A DNA stretch of 64,000 nt. Source: Paramecium tetraurelia (taxonomy: Eukaryota). The notes under the pieces are model-generated. The model did not search any database and had not been told where the DNA came from. It saw only the letters and a list, made by a program, of their open reading frames with translations. The DNA is taken from contig CT867993.1 in assembly GCA_000165425.1 (NCBI GenBank), positions 62,001 to 126,000 of the forward strand. Reading direction: 5' to 3'. Numbering within the stretch: the stretch's first letter is position 1; each line of letters opens with the position of its first letter. Shown here piece after piece: positions 53,182 to 64,000 of the stretch. The position numbers and the translations under genes were made by a program.

Positions 53182-56100
53182 ATGTGGCTGCATCCTGAAA
53201 CCATGATCAAGCTTGGTAACGAATTCTTCCAAAAGAAGGAGTTCGACCAGGCCATCAATTGGTATCAATAGTCTATAAACAAAAACACCCAATTTGTGGA
53301 GGGATACTACAATTTAGGATTGGTATATATGTACCGTAAGAAATTTGAAGAGGCCATTAACTACTTCAAACAATCTTTAGATTTGAGGCCAAGCTTTCCT
53401 GAAGCCTTGTGTAGTATGGGAATAGCCTTGTATAACCTCAATCAAGTAAGTGTGTCTGGCCATAGTTTACTAGTATGAAAAGGCTCTCAACTATTTGGAT
53501 CAAGCTCTCAAGCATCGCCAATCCTACCCCAACCCTTTGAAGTACAAGGGGGACACTGTGAGGAAAATGGGAAATTTGCAAGAGGCAGTCATTTAGTATA
53601 AATAAGCAATATAGCTGAAGGTAACTGCTTTCCCTAATATCCCTCCTAGCCTGACTTTTACCAAGCTCACAAGGCTCTTGGCGATACCTACAGGAAACTG
53701 AAAGAGTTTCAGTTATCAATCCAATCCTACGATAACGCTTTGGAATACAATGAAAAGTATGCAGAAGTCTTCAAAAAGAAGGCAGATTCATTGAGGAACC
53801 TTGGCATTTTTGAGGAATCCCTGCATAATTATACAAAAGCAATAGAGATTAGGCCCAGCTATCCAAAGGCTTACAATGATGCAGGGTTGTTGTTCATTTA
53901 GAATGCTAAGTACAAAGAAGGAGTTGAGTATTTCTAGAAGGCAGTTTAGTTGAAACAAGATTATAAGGACGCTTATAATAATTTGGGAGTTTGCTATTAT
54001 CATCTCTTGCAATATCAAGATGCTATCACTTAATTCGACACAGCTCTCCAAATACAAGTAGGTTTTACAATACCTATGCTCAATAAGGCGTCGACATTGT
54101 TGAGAATGAAGAAGTATGATGAAGCAAATAAATGCTTTGATTAGGTGATGAAACATCAGCCAAAGAATATACAGGTGTTATTGGGTAAGGGAATCTCTTT
54201 GTATGAGACAAAGAAATACGAGTAATCTGCTTTGTTGTTGAGCCAAGCTTATGATATTGATGGCAACAACTTTGAAGTGGTCTTCAATTATGGTGTTTGC
54301 AACTTTTAATTGAAAAAATATAAAGAAGCCTTGCAAATGTTATAGGAAGCTTAGCAATTGAGGGACACTTTGGAAGGCCACTTTAATTAAGCAATTTGTT
54401 CATTGTATTTGAAAGACTATGAATACTCTAAGAAGGAAATCGAAATGTATGTGGTTCATTAGGAGGATGATATGGAAGCCAAAGCAGTCCAGGGAATCGT
54501 AGAGTATTACCTCAATAATCTCGCTTTTGCTTAGGAATGCTTCTAAGAGGTTTTGAAGAAATAAGAGAATCAAGTGGTTCATAACAATCTCGGAGTCATC
54601 TTGTTGCTCAATTAATAATTTGATGAAGCTCTCAAGCATTTCAATGCATCAGTGTCAGGAAAAGGGGATTACGCTGATGGATTGTATAACAAAGGAGTTG
54701 CATTGTGTAATCTTAATTAGTACGAGGATGCTATCAGATAATTCAATAAGGCAATTCAGCTCAAACCTAAGAATGAGTGCAAATTCGCATTCATCAATAG
54801 AGGAATCTGCTTGAAAAATCTTAAGAAATTTAATGAAGCCATTTAAAATTATGACGAAGCTATTCAACTCAGTTAAGGCACTGATGTTGAGGATATCTAC
54901 TACTTTAAAGGAAATTGTCTATTGGAATTGAATAAATATGAAGATGCTATCCAATTATATGACCAAGCCATTCAACTAGAAAGTGTTTACAGTTCATCAG
55001 CCAACTTCTAGAAGGGTATAGCATACACTAATCTCAAACACTTTGATGATGCCATTCAATCCTATCAACATGCAATTGAATAGAACTCTTAGAATTCTTG
55101 GGCATATTTCAATCTGGGAATCACCTACTACAATCTTGAAAATTATGAATAGGCGTTAATTTAATTCACAAGATCCTTCGATATATAGCCGACATTCAAA
55201 GATGCTGTGTTCAATGAGGCAGCCGCTTATATCAAATTAAAAAGATATGCTGAAGCCATCAATAGTTTAGACAAGTACAATCAATTGGAAAGCAATGATT
55301 ATGAGAGTTTCTTCTTGAAAGGTTGTCTACTAAAATCATTGATGAAGTATGAAGAAGCTTTGGAATGCTTTTCGAAAGCTGTTCAACTAAAACCAAATTT
55401 CTTTGAAGGCTAATTCAACAAAGGAGTTGCTCAACTTGAGAGTGGATTGTCCAAAGATGCTGTAATCACATTCGATGCTGCATTCAAATTAAAGTCTGAC
55501 TCTGAGAAATCCTTGAATAATAAGGCTGTCTCCTTACTAAATCTAAGCAAACCTGAAGAAGCTATTAAGGAATTAGAGAAGGCTATTAAATTAAGTCCCA
55601 ACAATCCTACTTTGTTGAATAATAAAGCAGTCACTTTGATTGATCTTAAGAGATAGGATGAAGCATTGACTATTCTAGATGAAGTCATCAATATTGATCC
55701 AAATTTCTTCAAGGCTTACAATAACAAAGGAACTATCTATTTCAATCAAAAGAACTTGACATAAGCCTAGTAATACTTTTCAAGGGCAGTAGAGATTAAT
55801 CCAGAATATGACTCTGCAAGGATTAATTTGAGTATTACATTTTAGGAAATGGGAGAATATCAGTAGGCAGTTCAACAATGTGAACTGATTTCGAATTAAC
55901 AATGGCTAAATAGTAATTCAGAAGCATTGATAGCCTTCGCAACTTCTTTGAGAAATTGTGATCGCTTTGAAGAGGCAAGATAAAAATATGAAGTAGCCTT
56001 ACAACTGAATCCTCGTCACTCCTAAGCCCAAAATGGATTGGGAATAGTGTATTCTAATATTGGCTAATATGAAGATGCTCTGAAATGCTACGATTAAGCC

Positions 56101-57280
56101 ATTAATCTTAATAATAGATATCCAGAGGCATTGAATAACAAGGGAGTCACTCTCTATCTGATGGGAAGGTATGATGAGTCGGTTTAAATGTTGTAGTAAT
56201 CACTTAAATTGGAAGTTAAGAATGCATAAACCTTAAATAATTTAGGTGCTTCACTTTTTTACCTGAAAAGATATGACGAAGCAAATAAAATATTTGATTA
56301 AGCAATCCAATAGAATGATCAATTGATGGAAGCCTTGGTGAATAAGGCCAATGTGTTAATAGCATAGGAAAATTTAAATGAGGCCAACAAACTATTATAG
56401 AAGGCAAGTCAGATTAAGGACTCTCCTTACATTCATAATGCCTATGGAATCATTGCTTAGAAGCAGAAGCAAACTGATAAAGCCATCTCATCTTATTAGA
56501 TGGCAATTCAATTACTACCTACCTTTCCCCAGTGTCTATCAAATCAAGCTACCCTCCTTATTGAAACTGAGAAATACTCATAGGCACTCGATTTACTTAA
56601 GCAAGCACTAAAGACTGATTAAAACAATGCTGAGGCTCACAATAATCTTGGTGTGTTGTATTACAAGTAGAACAAATTGGAATTGTCTTAGAATGAATAC
56701 ATGGAAGCCATCAAATTGAAAGTTCATAATCCTGAGGCTCATTCCAATTAGGGAGTGATTTTCTGTGCCAAACAGGATTACTCATAAGCTTTACAATGTT
56801 TTGACGAAGCCATCAAGTTGAAGAGCGATTTTGTGAAAGCGTACCACAATAAGGGAACAACCTTGTATGAAAAAGAGAACTTCAAGGAGGCTGTGGAGAT
56901 CTATGATAGAGCTATCAAGGCAAAGACTCAAGATCCGGAAACTTACTATAACAAAAGCATAGCTTTACAAGGATTGGAGCAGTTTGATGATGCCTTGAAT
57001 GCCTTGGAATAAGCATATAAGCTCGCTCCTGAGATGGCTCTGTTGTATGTCGAGAAGGTAGTGTTTCTGTTGAATTTAGGGCACTCTCATGTATAGGAAG
57101 GGGAAGGTCGACGAGGCAATCAAGAACTATGATCTGGCCATTCAATTGCAACCTAATTGTGCAGAGGCTTACTACAATAAGGGATGCGCTTTGGAGAATC
57201 AAGGGAAGATTGACGAGTCGAACAAGAACTACGAAAAGGCTTTCCAAATAAAACCAACTTTAGTGGAGAAAAAGAAATGA
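53182..57280 (+). CDS. Large TPR-repeat protein (>30 TPR-like repeats)
   Basis: Continuous AYNNLG/NKG...Y.EA...Y..AI.L.P repeats; three tiny introns. Confidence 0.95.
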
Positions 57281-57323
57281 TACATGGAATCATCATTATT
57301 ATTATTATATTATTTACATTAAG

Positions 57324-60300
57324 ATGTCTTTGGATTTTGAGATCAAACGTTCTGGACTCTCAATCTCAACTTCATCCTTTGACGCATTTTGTGAGGAGAT
57401 AAAAAGGAATGACAATAAGATAGAAGGTCATCCATTGAGAGGATGGATGAAAAAAAAAAGTCCAGCACTCTTGAAAGGATGGCAGAAGCGTTATTTTATG
57501 TTGATTGAAAATCCTTAAGATAAAGGTTGGAAATTAGTGTATTTTGACAATGATGTAAAAAAAACAATTGTGAATGTAGAAAACTGATACAAGACCCAAT
57601 GGTGCTTTTGATGTTTCAACCATCACCTCAATTCAATAAGTATCTAAAAAAGAATTCACCATTCATTTCCCTGGAAGGAAACTGGAGTTGAAAGTCAAAC
57701 CCCAAGAAGTGTACTAACAGTGGATTAATACTCTGAATGAACTTCGATCGGCCACCAATGTAGAAAGAACCAAAAGGTAATTGAGTGTGGAGTAAGATGT
57801 TAAATTGTCAAATGAGAGTCCCATCAAGAGTATAAATCAATATCATTATTTAGTGCCTTCAAATCACAAGGTTGTTGACAATCTCACTGTTTAGTAAGCC
57901 CAAGTCTAAAAGGAGAGACAGCGCAATTCCATATTAATTGAGCAATCTAAAGAAAGTAAGAAGAAGAAGGAAAAAGAAAGTCTAACTCAACTCTCGAATG
58001 AAAAGATGATTGAGCTAGTTGGATTGAAAGAGTTTATAAAGAATATGAATGAGTAATTCATTTATTAACGAATGATTTATGGATACTTAGGTAAGAGAAG
58101 TAAAGGTAAAGTTAAATATTTCCAGAAAAGATGGTTCATCTTGGTATCTGCTAAACCTTTGGTATATAATTTTATTTATTGATTTAGTATTCTGATTACA
58201 ATGATGAAAGGATCTTGACAGAAGCATAATTGCCGACTTGGTTGGAACTTGATACAATCACCTATTTTTAAGAAAAGGAAGAAGGCAAACCTCCAAAAGC
58301 CAAGGGAGATGTGAGTATGATCGATTGTTAAGAGATCATCATGAAAGATATGTCCAAATCAAAAGAGAGTGGATTTACATTTAAGTTGAATATGGGGGAT
58401 AGATTATATCATCTGATGGCTGATACGGAACAGGAACGTAAGAAATGGTAATCTGCTTTGAGTCTATCTATGAGAACCACCAAGGAGATCCACAATCCCT
58501 TGAAGATCAAAATTAAGAAGAACATCGATCCCATTATATAATTATATGATGAGGAGCCGTAATTGATTGCAAGAAGAGAGAAAATGAAGGCGAAATTGGA
58601 GAAAGATGTCTCTTAGATTCTGAATTAGGAGGATCAAGATCTAGCAATACTGTTAAAACAACTATCTGAGGTGAGATAAGACATGTTGGAATCCATGTAA
58701 GCATGCATTGTGAAGGATCCATAACGAAAGGATATCATCAAAGAATATACAGATATTTATCATGAGAAGATTTGTGACAGAATCTCCGCATTCTGGGATC
58801 TTCATTATAAACAAATGCAAGTATTTTACACCAAAATGAATTTTAGTCGCCTGAATTATTACTCTTAGCATAATGGCTAAATGATTACTTAAATTAGATG
58901 AAGGATTTCTTCAATGATGATAGAATCATATTTGGAGTCAGAGTGCTACTTAACATTTATGTAAATAGATCCCTCGAAAATTTAGAGTCTGTGTTAAATT
59001 CTATTATAGATCAAGAGAAAACACAAGAACCCATCTTCAATGATTAATAACTATTGATTACACAGACACCTGTGGATTTATTCAAAATTATAAACGAAGG
59101 ATTTGATATGGCATATAAACTATGTCCTTGCAAGGAAACCAGTCTGAAACTAGGTGGATTTGGAAAAACCATTTTACAACAATATTAATATGGAATCCAG
59201 GAGATGATCGATGAAATATAATTGTCAACTCCAAAATTGGTTGCCATTTGCAATAACACATTAGCATTGCACGACAATACCAAGAATTACAGTAAGGTGA
59301 TTTAGCAGGGGGGTAATTTGAATGAAGAAGAAAGTGAAAGGGTATTTGATTGTCAGAAGATAACCAAGAATTTTGTGTAAATAGCCAATAGTTGCAGGGA
59401 TAAGATATTTTTCAGTTATTTCAGTCGTGTTGGAACACATTTCAAAAAGTCCTTTCTCGAACTCTAAATCATTGATACTCTCAAAGTCATCATAGAGCCA
59501 GCAACTGAAACTCTGTCCTAATTACATGATAGTTTTAGTAGGAAATTGTGGAAACAACTCTTGGATACTATTGTTCTTTATTATTTCAATCAGTTCATCA
59601 TCTCTTGTGGAAAAGCTAAGAAGGAGAATCAAAAAGAATTCACCAGCAAATTAGAAAATGATAAGGAGATCTTGGTTTAAGAATTAGAAACCTTCATTTT
59701 CGAAAAGCAATTGCTGGCTTCATTAAAACCATTCGATGATATGATCAATTTTATTAATGAGGATTCTCTCAGCATTTTGGATCCATGCAAAAGTCTAAGA
59801 GTGTATTTTGGAAGGGCCTTTTCAGAAAAGACAATCAAAACTATAATGTGTCTTCGATTTGATTTGGACAAGGAGAAGAAGAAGGAAACAATTGAGATTT
59901 GTAAGAATTTAATTGAGGACATAAACAAAAGCGAACCTGTTGAACATCAGAGCAGACTCATGGATGTACTAGGGCAAGAGGAAGAGGAAAATGCAGATCA
60001 AAGTTTAAATCAACAGTTATAATAGATTTAATAATAAGAAAACAGAAGGGCAGATATATTTCTAGATTTCCATAATGATGACTAATTATAAGTAACATAT
60101 ATGTGTATTTCAATTTTAGATACCTGAACCATAGGAGTAACGAAGCTCAATGGAAAAGAAGGAATTCATCGACGAGGGTTACTTAAATAAGAAAAAGCCC
60201 AAATAGAAGGGATGGGACTATAGATATTTCAGAATCAGGAAAGGCTATATGTATTGGTATATCAATGCCAACTCTAGAGAAGCTCAGAATAAGATCAATT

Positions 60301-60864
60301 TATAAAGTGTAGATGAAGTTATTGCAAACACACAAAAACCAGCAAATTTCAAAATTCTATTGGAAGATTAGAAGGTTTATAAGTTTAAGACTCAGAGCAA
60401 AGAGGAATGTGAATTATGGGTTAAAACCATATTGAGGGAATAAAACTAATTGGATTCAACTATAATTACAATAGAAGCTATAGTAAATATATAATTAATA
60501 TTTAGAAAATTGGAAATGGCAAAAAAGCCATAATATAGGATTACGATGAGATGGCGAGAAAGGAAAGGCAATTATAGAAGCAAGAAGAGCGTAAACGGAA
60601 GAGAATCGAAAGGGAAAACGAGTAAGACATTATTGTTTATATTTCATTAGGATTAAAAGGAAGTAGCAGGAACAGAAAATGTTACAGTAATAATAGTTAA
60701 AGGAATTGGGAGATAAGCCTAAGGCTCATTAGGTAGAAGTATTTGAATAACAAAGCGATCCAGTAATGAAATAGCAATTATATTATTAGGATTACAGTCA
60801 GAAGTAATCAACTTCTTGCTGGACTCAATTTTTGATAGCATTAGGAATCGAGAGACCTAAATGA
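57324..60864 (+). CDS. PH-PH-Sec6(EXOC3)-like-PH multidomain protein
   Basis: PH1 GWMKKKSP..KGWQKRYF; PH2 GYLGKRS....FQKRWF; Sec6-like DIIKEYTDIYH, ELLLLAQWLNDY, LLITQTPVDLFKIINE, LVAICNN; PH3 EGYLNKK..GWDYRYF. Confidence 0.8.
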
Positions 60865-60879
60865 TATAATAGTAACTAT

Positions 60880-61788
60880 TCAAATAAACTCATGTTGTCT
60901 TTATTCATATTGCAATTACTATTATAGGAAATGTAATCTTTGCATTAGCACTAATTCTTCTTGGATGAGTTCTTCTATTACAGGATCTTTGAGCAGATTA
61001 AACTCTGGTTTCTGAGTAGTTTCTTTCAACTCTGACTAGAGAATCGAATTGCTTTAACTGTAGCTTAGTTATGAACAAATTTCGATTTTCTTTATTGGCG
61101 TAACGTATTCCATAGATGAATCTTCGTTTATGAATTATGGGAATTATGAAGTAGTAATTAGTTCCTATTTAGGTTCTTCATATTCTTAATCAATGGGTTT
61201 TTCAATCTTATATGATTTGGGTGGTTTGAAAGCATCTCTTATTCTCTTGACTTCTTCTTTAATTGAAGATTCCTTCTTGGGAGATGGCTCTTTAGATGGT
61301 AGAGTGAAATACTCTTCAGGTTCTGTAATTTGGGTTTCTTGTTTTAAATTTTAAATTAGAATTTCTTCTTTTTACTTTTTAGTCTAATTTTGAGGGATCT
61401 TCATTTTGATCTGCTATATAATATCTTGTTAATTAGGTTATTCTATTTTTACAGGAGATGGTTTCTTTTCAGGAGTTTATTTTTATGGATTGGATGTTTT
61501 CATTTGAATTTTTTCTAGAATGCTATCAATTTCTTAGATAATTGGAGTAGTGTCTACTAATTTTGGAGATTGTAAAGGTGTAATGGAGGTCGGAGATTGT
61601 TATGTTTGCAAACTTTATTTTGAATTCACAATTTTAATAACTTGGTCAGTCATTTGCGATGTCACAATTGACTATTGAGGAGAGACTATTGTTTCAACAT
61701 TGATTTGATGATTTTTCATAAATTGACTCAGGAAGTCCAAGTTTTCTTTCCGCTTGTTTTTAGTGTAATCTAAAAACTCAGAAGACAT
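60880..61788 (-). CDS. Hypothetical protein (Ser/Pro/Gln-rich)
   Basis: MSSEFLDYTKNKRKENLDF...; 909 nt, start and stop in the same frame. Confidence 0.75.
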
Positions 61789-61819
61789 TAATAATAATTA
61801 TTCACACAAAAATAAAATT

Positions 61820-63072
61820 GATAGATTAAAAACTTTGAGTGCCAAAATTAAAAAAATACTCAACAAAGCTTAAGATCAATTTCAAGAGAGGCATTCTAAT
61901 ATTCAGTAAGGTTACTTTACAGACTTAAGATAATATTGTAGGATTGTGACTGCTTGTGAAGAGCAATTGATATTAAATTTGAGTGACTATAACTTAGAGT
62001 TCATTGGTGAACTTATATCAGGTTTCATCTAATATTGATCTCAAATCTCCTTAATTGGATCTAACAGTTTGAATTATCGTTAACTCCTCACTTAGGTATC
62101 TGCCTTTTGAACATCTCCTTGAGCAGAGTCGCAAACATAAAAACAAATTCAACAGCATTAATGAAAGTGATGCTGCCAAACATATGAAAGAACTTCATGA
62201 ATCTATTCAATCTCTTGCCATTTAACAAGTAAATCACTGACAGTCACAATGCTGATATACAAAATCTGAATTCCGTTTAAATCATTGATTCAGTTACACA
62301 ATAACTTCGAAACAATATTAGAAGTAACTCTAAATCCAACTCCAAAATTATATTATAACAGTTATTTTCAAACCAGAAGAACTAAAATACTAGCAACGAT
62401 TAGGAACAACAAACCATATTAAATTACACCGATGTTGACTACGTAGAATAACAAAATCAAGAATTAAGAGTACTTATTGATAGAACCATCAGTAATATGA
62501 GGATAAGTTAAAGTAATCTATAATCAAATACAAAGAAGCTAAATTGATTCTCAAAGTTTAAAAGATGAACTTGAACACTAATCCACCTTATTGGAGGCCT
62601 AAAATGAATTATTTAAATAATATCAAGACAAAAATGCAGAATAAACTCTCACTCACTTTATCCAAGTGCCTACTATTGCTGATAAAAATAAAGATTGTCA
62701 ATAGAAAGAAACTAGAAATTTCTATTTACAAACATGAAATTAAGATCTTCATCTCTTCCAAGAATAGATGGTAGAGAGGGTGATCTTATGAGAAATTCAT
62801 TTATCAAAATTGTGGTCTAATTATCCAAGAATTTAATTCCAACTCAATATGTGATTGAGAATTTCAAGAAATATTAACAATAATATGAATTTAAAGAAAA
62901 GGTTGCTAAGGTATGCTCATAAGTCCAACTCAAAGTACCAACTGATGAACTATAGAATGAATCAATTTCTCATGAAAACAGAGTGATGATATTCTCAAAG
63001 CTTTGTTAAGTGCTCCAAGAGAAACATCAATAGTGTTTCCCTTAATGTGATCATCTTAATTTTTTATAATGA
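61820..63072 (+). pseudogene. Degenerate coiled-coil gene relic
   Basis: Protein-like patches (SQSLKDELEHQSTLLEAQNELFKQYQDK; EKVAKVCSQVQLK...CFPQCDHL) broken by TGAs and frame changes; no clear ATG. Confidence 0.5.
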
Positions 63073-63267
63073 AGAAATATCAAATTAATATTTAAGTTCT
63101 ATTGTTGTAAACATAGTATTAATAGAATACATTGAATTCTCTCTGATCATGATACATAATATGATTTTACTGAGTTGTATAATACAAAATAGATAGATGA
63201 TACATAATTAAATGATTTATTTTATGATAGTTTACTTTAACAATAATTTATATCACAAATATAATTT

Positions 63268-64000
63268 ATGTTAAGGAAATTGCTTCGATTCCAATTTTGC
63301 TCTCTACAAGATTAAATCAAGAAACAATAGAATTCCTACAGCAATATCACTGATAAAATTATATCATATGTTGGTAGGGATTTACATAAAATACCCTCAC
63401 ATCCCCTCGGAATAATTAAGAATAGAATTGAAACATTTTTTCAAAATGAAGCCATAACAGAGAAGCAAAGCAAATATCCTTTGAAGTATAAAATTATTGA
63501 TAATCTTTCTCCAATCGTATCAGTAAAGTAGGTATTAATGCTAATCATTATATAGAATTTTGATTCTTTATTAGTGCCTCCTGATCACCCAAGCAGAAAG
63601 AAAAGCGACACTTATTATATTAATGAGAATGCCTTATTAAGATGTCACACTTCTGCTCATCAAGTGGAATTAATCCAAAATAATGTTGATGCATTTGTAG
63701 TGGTAGGAGATGTTTATAGAAGAGATGAAATAGATGCCACTCATTACCCAGTATTTCATTAAGTCGAGATTGTGAGAATCTTTTAACAAGATCAATTCTC
63801 CTCTAAATATTTGCAACATTAAATATAGGAATCTATGGATGATCTAAAAGAGACCCTAGAAAGATTGACTAAACATCTATTCGGTGATGTACAAATGAGA
63901 TGGGTTGAAACCACATTCCCATTTACTAATCCATCAATGGAATTGGAGATCTACTTTTAAGATAAATGGTTGGAAGTACTTGGATGTGGAGTTATCCATT
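63268..64000 (+). CDS. FARS2: Mitochondrial phenylalanyl-tRNA synthetase (3' truncated by window)
   Basis: Transit-like N-terminus, [73 protein letters not shown]. Confidence 0.96.

Noticed and set aside
54058..54087. GT..AG 30-nt segment in the TPR gene resembling an intron
   Set aside because: In frame and encodes a needed TPR helix start (VGFTIPMLNK); more likely coding
53182..57280. Periodic repeats (TPR; also MORN at 47.3-48.0 kb) as a DNA repeat array or CRISPR
   Set aside because: The repeats are degenerate protein-level repeats with no identical nucleotide repeats or spacers; eukaryotic context
1..64000. Transposons, telomeric repeats or rRNA
   Set aside because: No transposase/RT motifs, terminal inverted repeats, C4A2/C3A3 tracts or rRNA-like sequence seen
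9092..64000. Functional cluster of tRNA-related genes (tRNA-Arg, TRM10, mitochondrial PheRS)
   Set aside because: Tens of kb apart among unrelated genes and acting in different compartments; consistent with chance

Overview
AT-rich, very gene-dense eukaryotic DNA read with the ciliate nuclear code (TAA/TAG = Gln, TGA = stop) and carrying tiny 20-31 nt GT..AG introns. This is almost certainly Paramecium macronuclear DNA. An aurelia-complex species is likely (inference, from several decaying pseudogenes). The supplied ORF track uses the standard code, so it fragments nearly every gene; the models below were re-read by hand and some boundaries are approximate. About 38 protein genes are present. 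They include an ABCA transporter, DHHC palmitoyltransferase, two kinases, a GET1/WRB-like protein, Myb, bZIP and CRC/tesmin factors, a CNBD channel and two TMEM43 paralogs. Also present are TRM10, an EH-domain protein, profilin, truncated hemoglobin, an importin-alpha-like protein, a MORN protein, CFAP58, prefoldin 6, a large TPR protein, a PH-PH-Sec6-PH protein and mitochondrial PheRS. There is one tRNA-Arg(CCG) and 4-5 pseudogene relics, including a PPi-dependent phosphofructokinase. Best leads: an exocyst Sec6-like domain fused to three PH domains; a ciliate profilin with an apicomplexan-type hairpin insertion; an atypical tRNA-Arg(CCG); a CNBD channel with a non-canonical filter; an ATGA stop/start overlap; and two otherwise intact genes each broken by a single +1 base.
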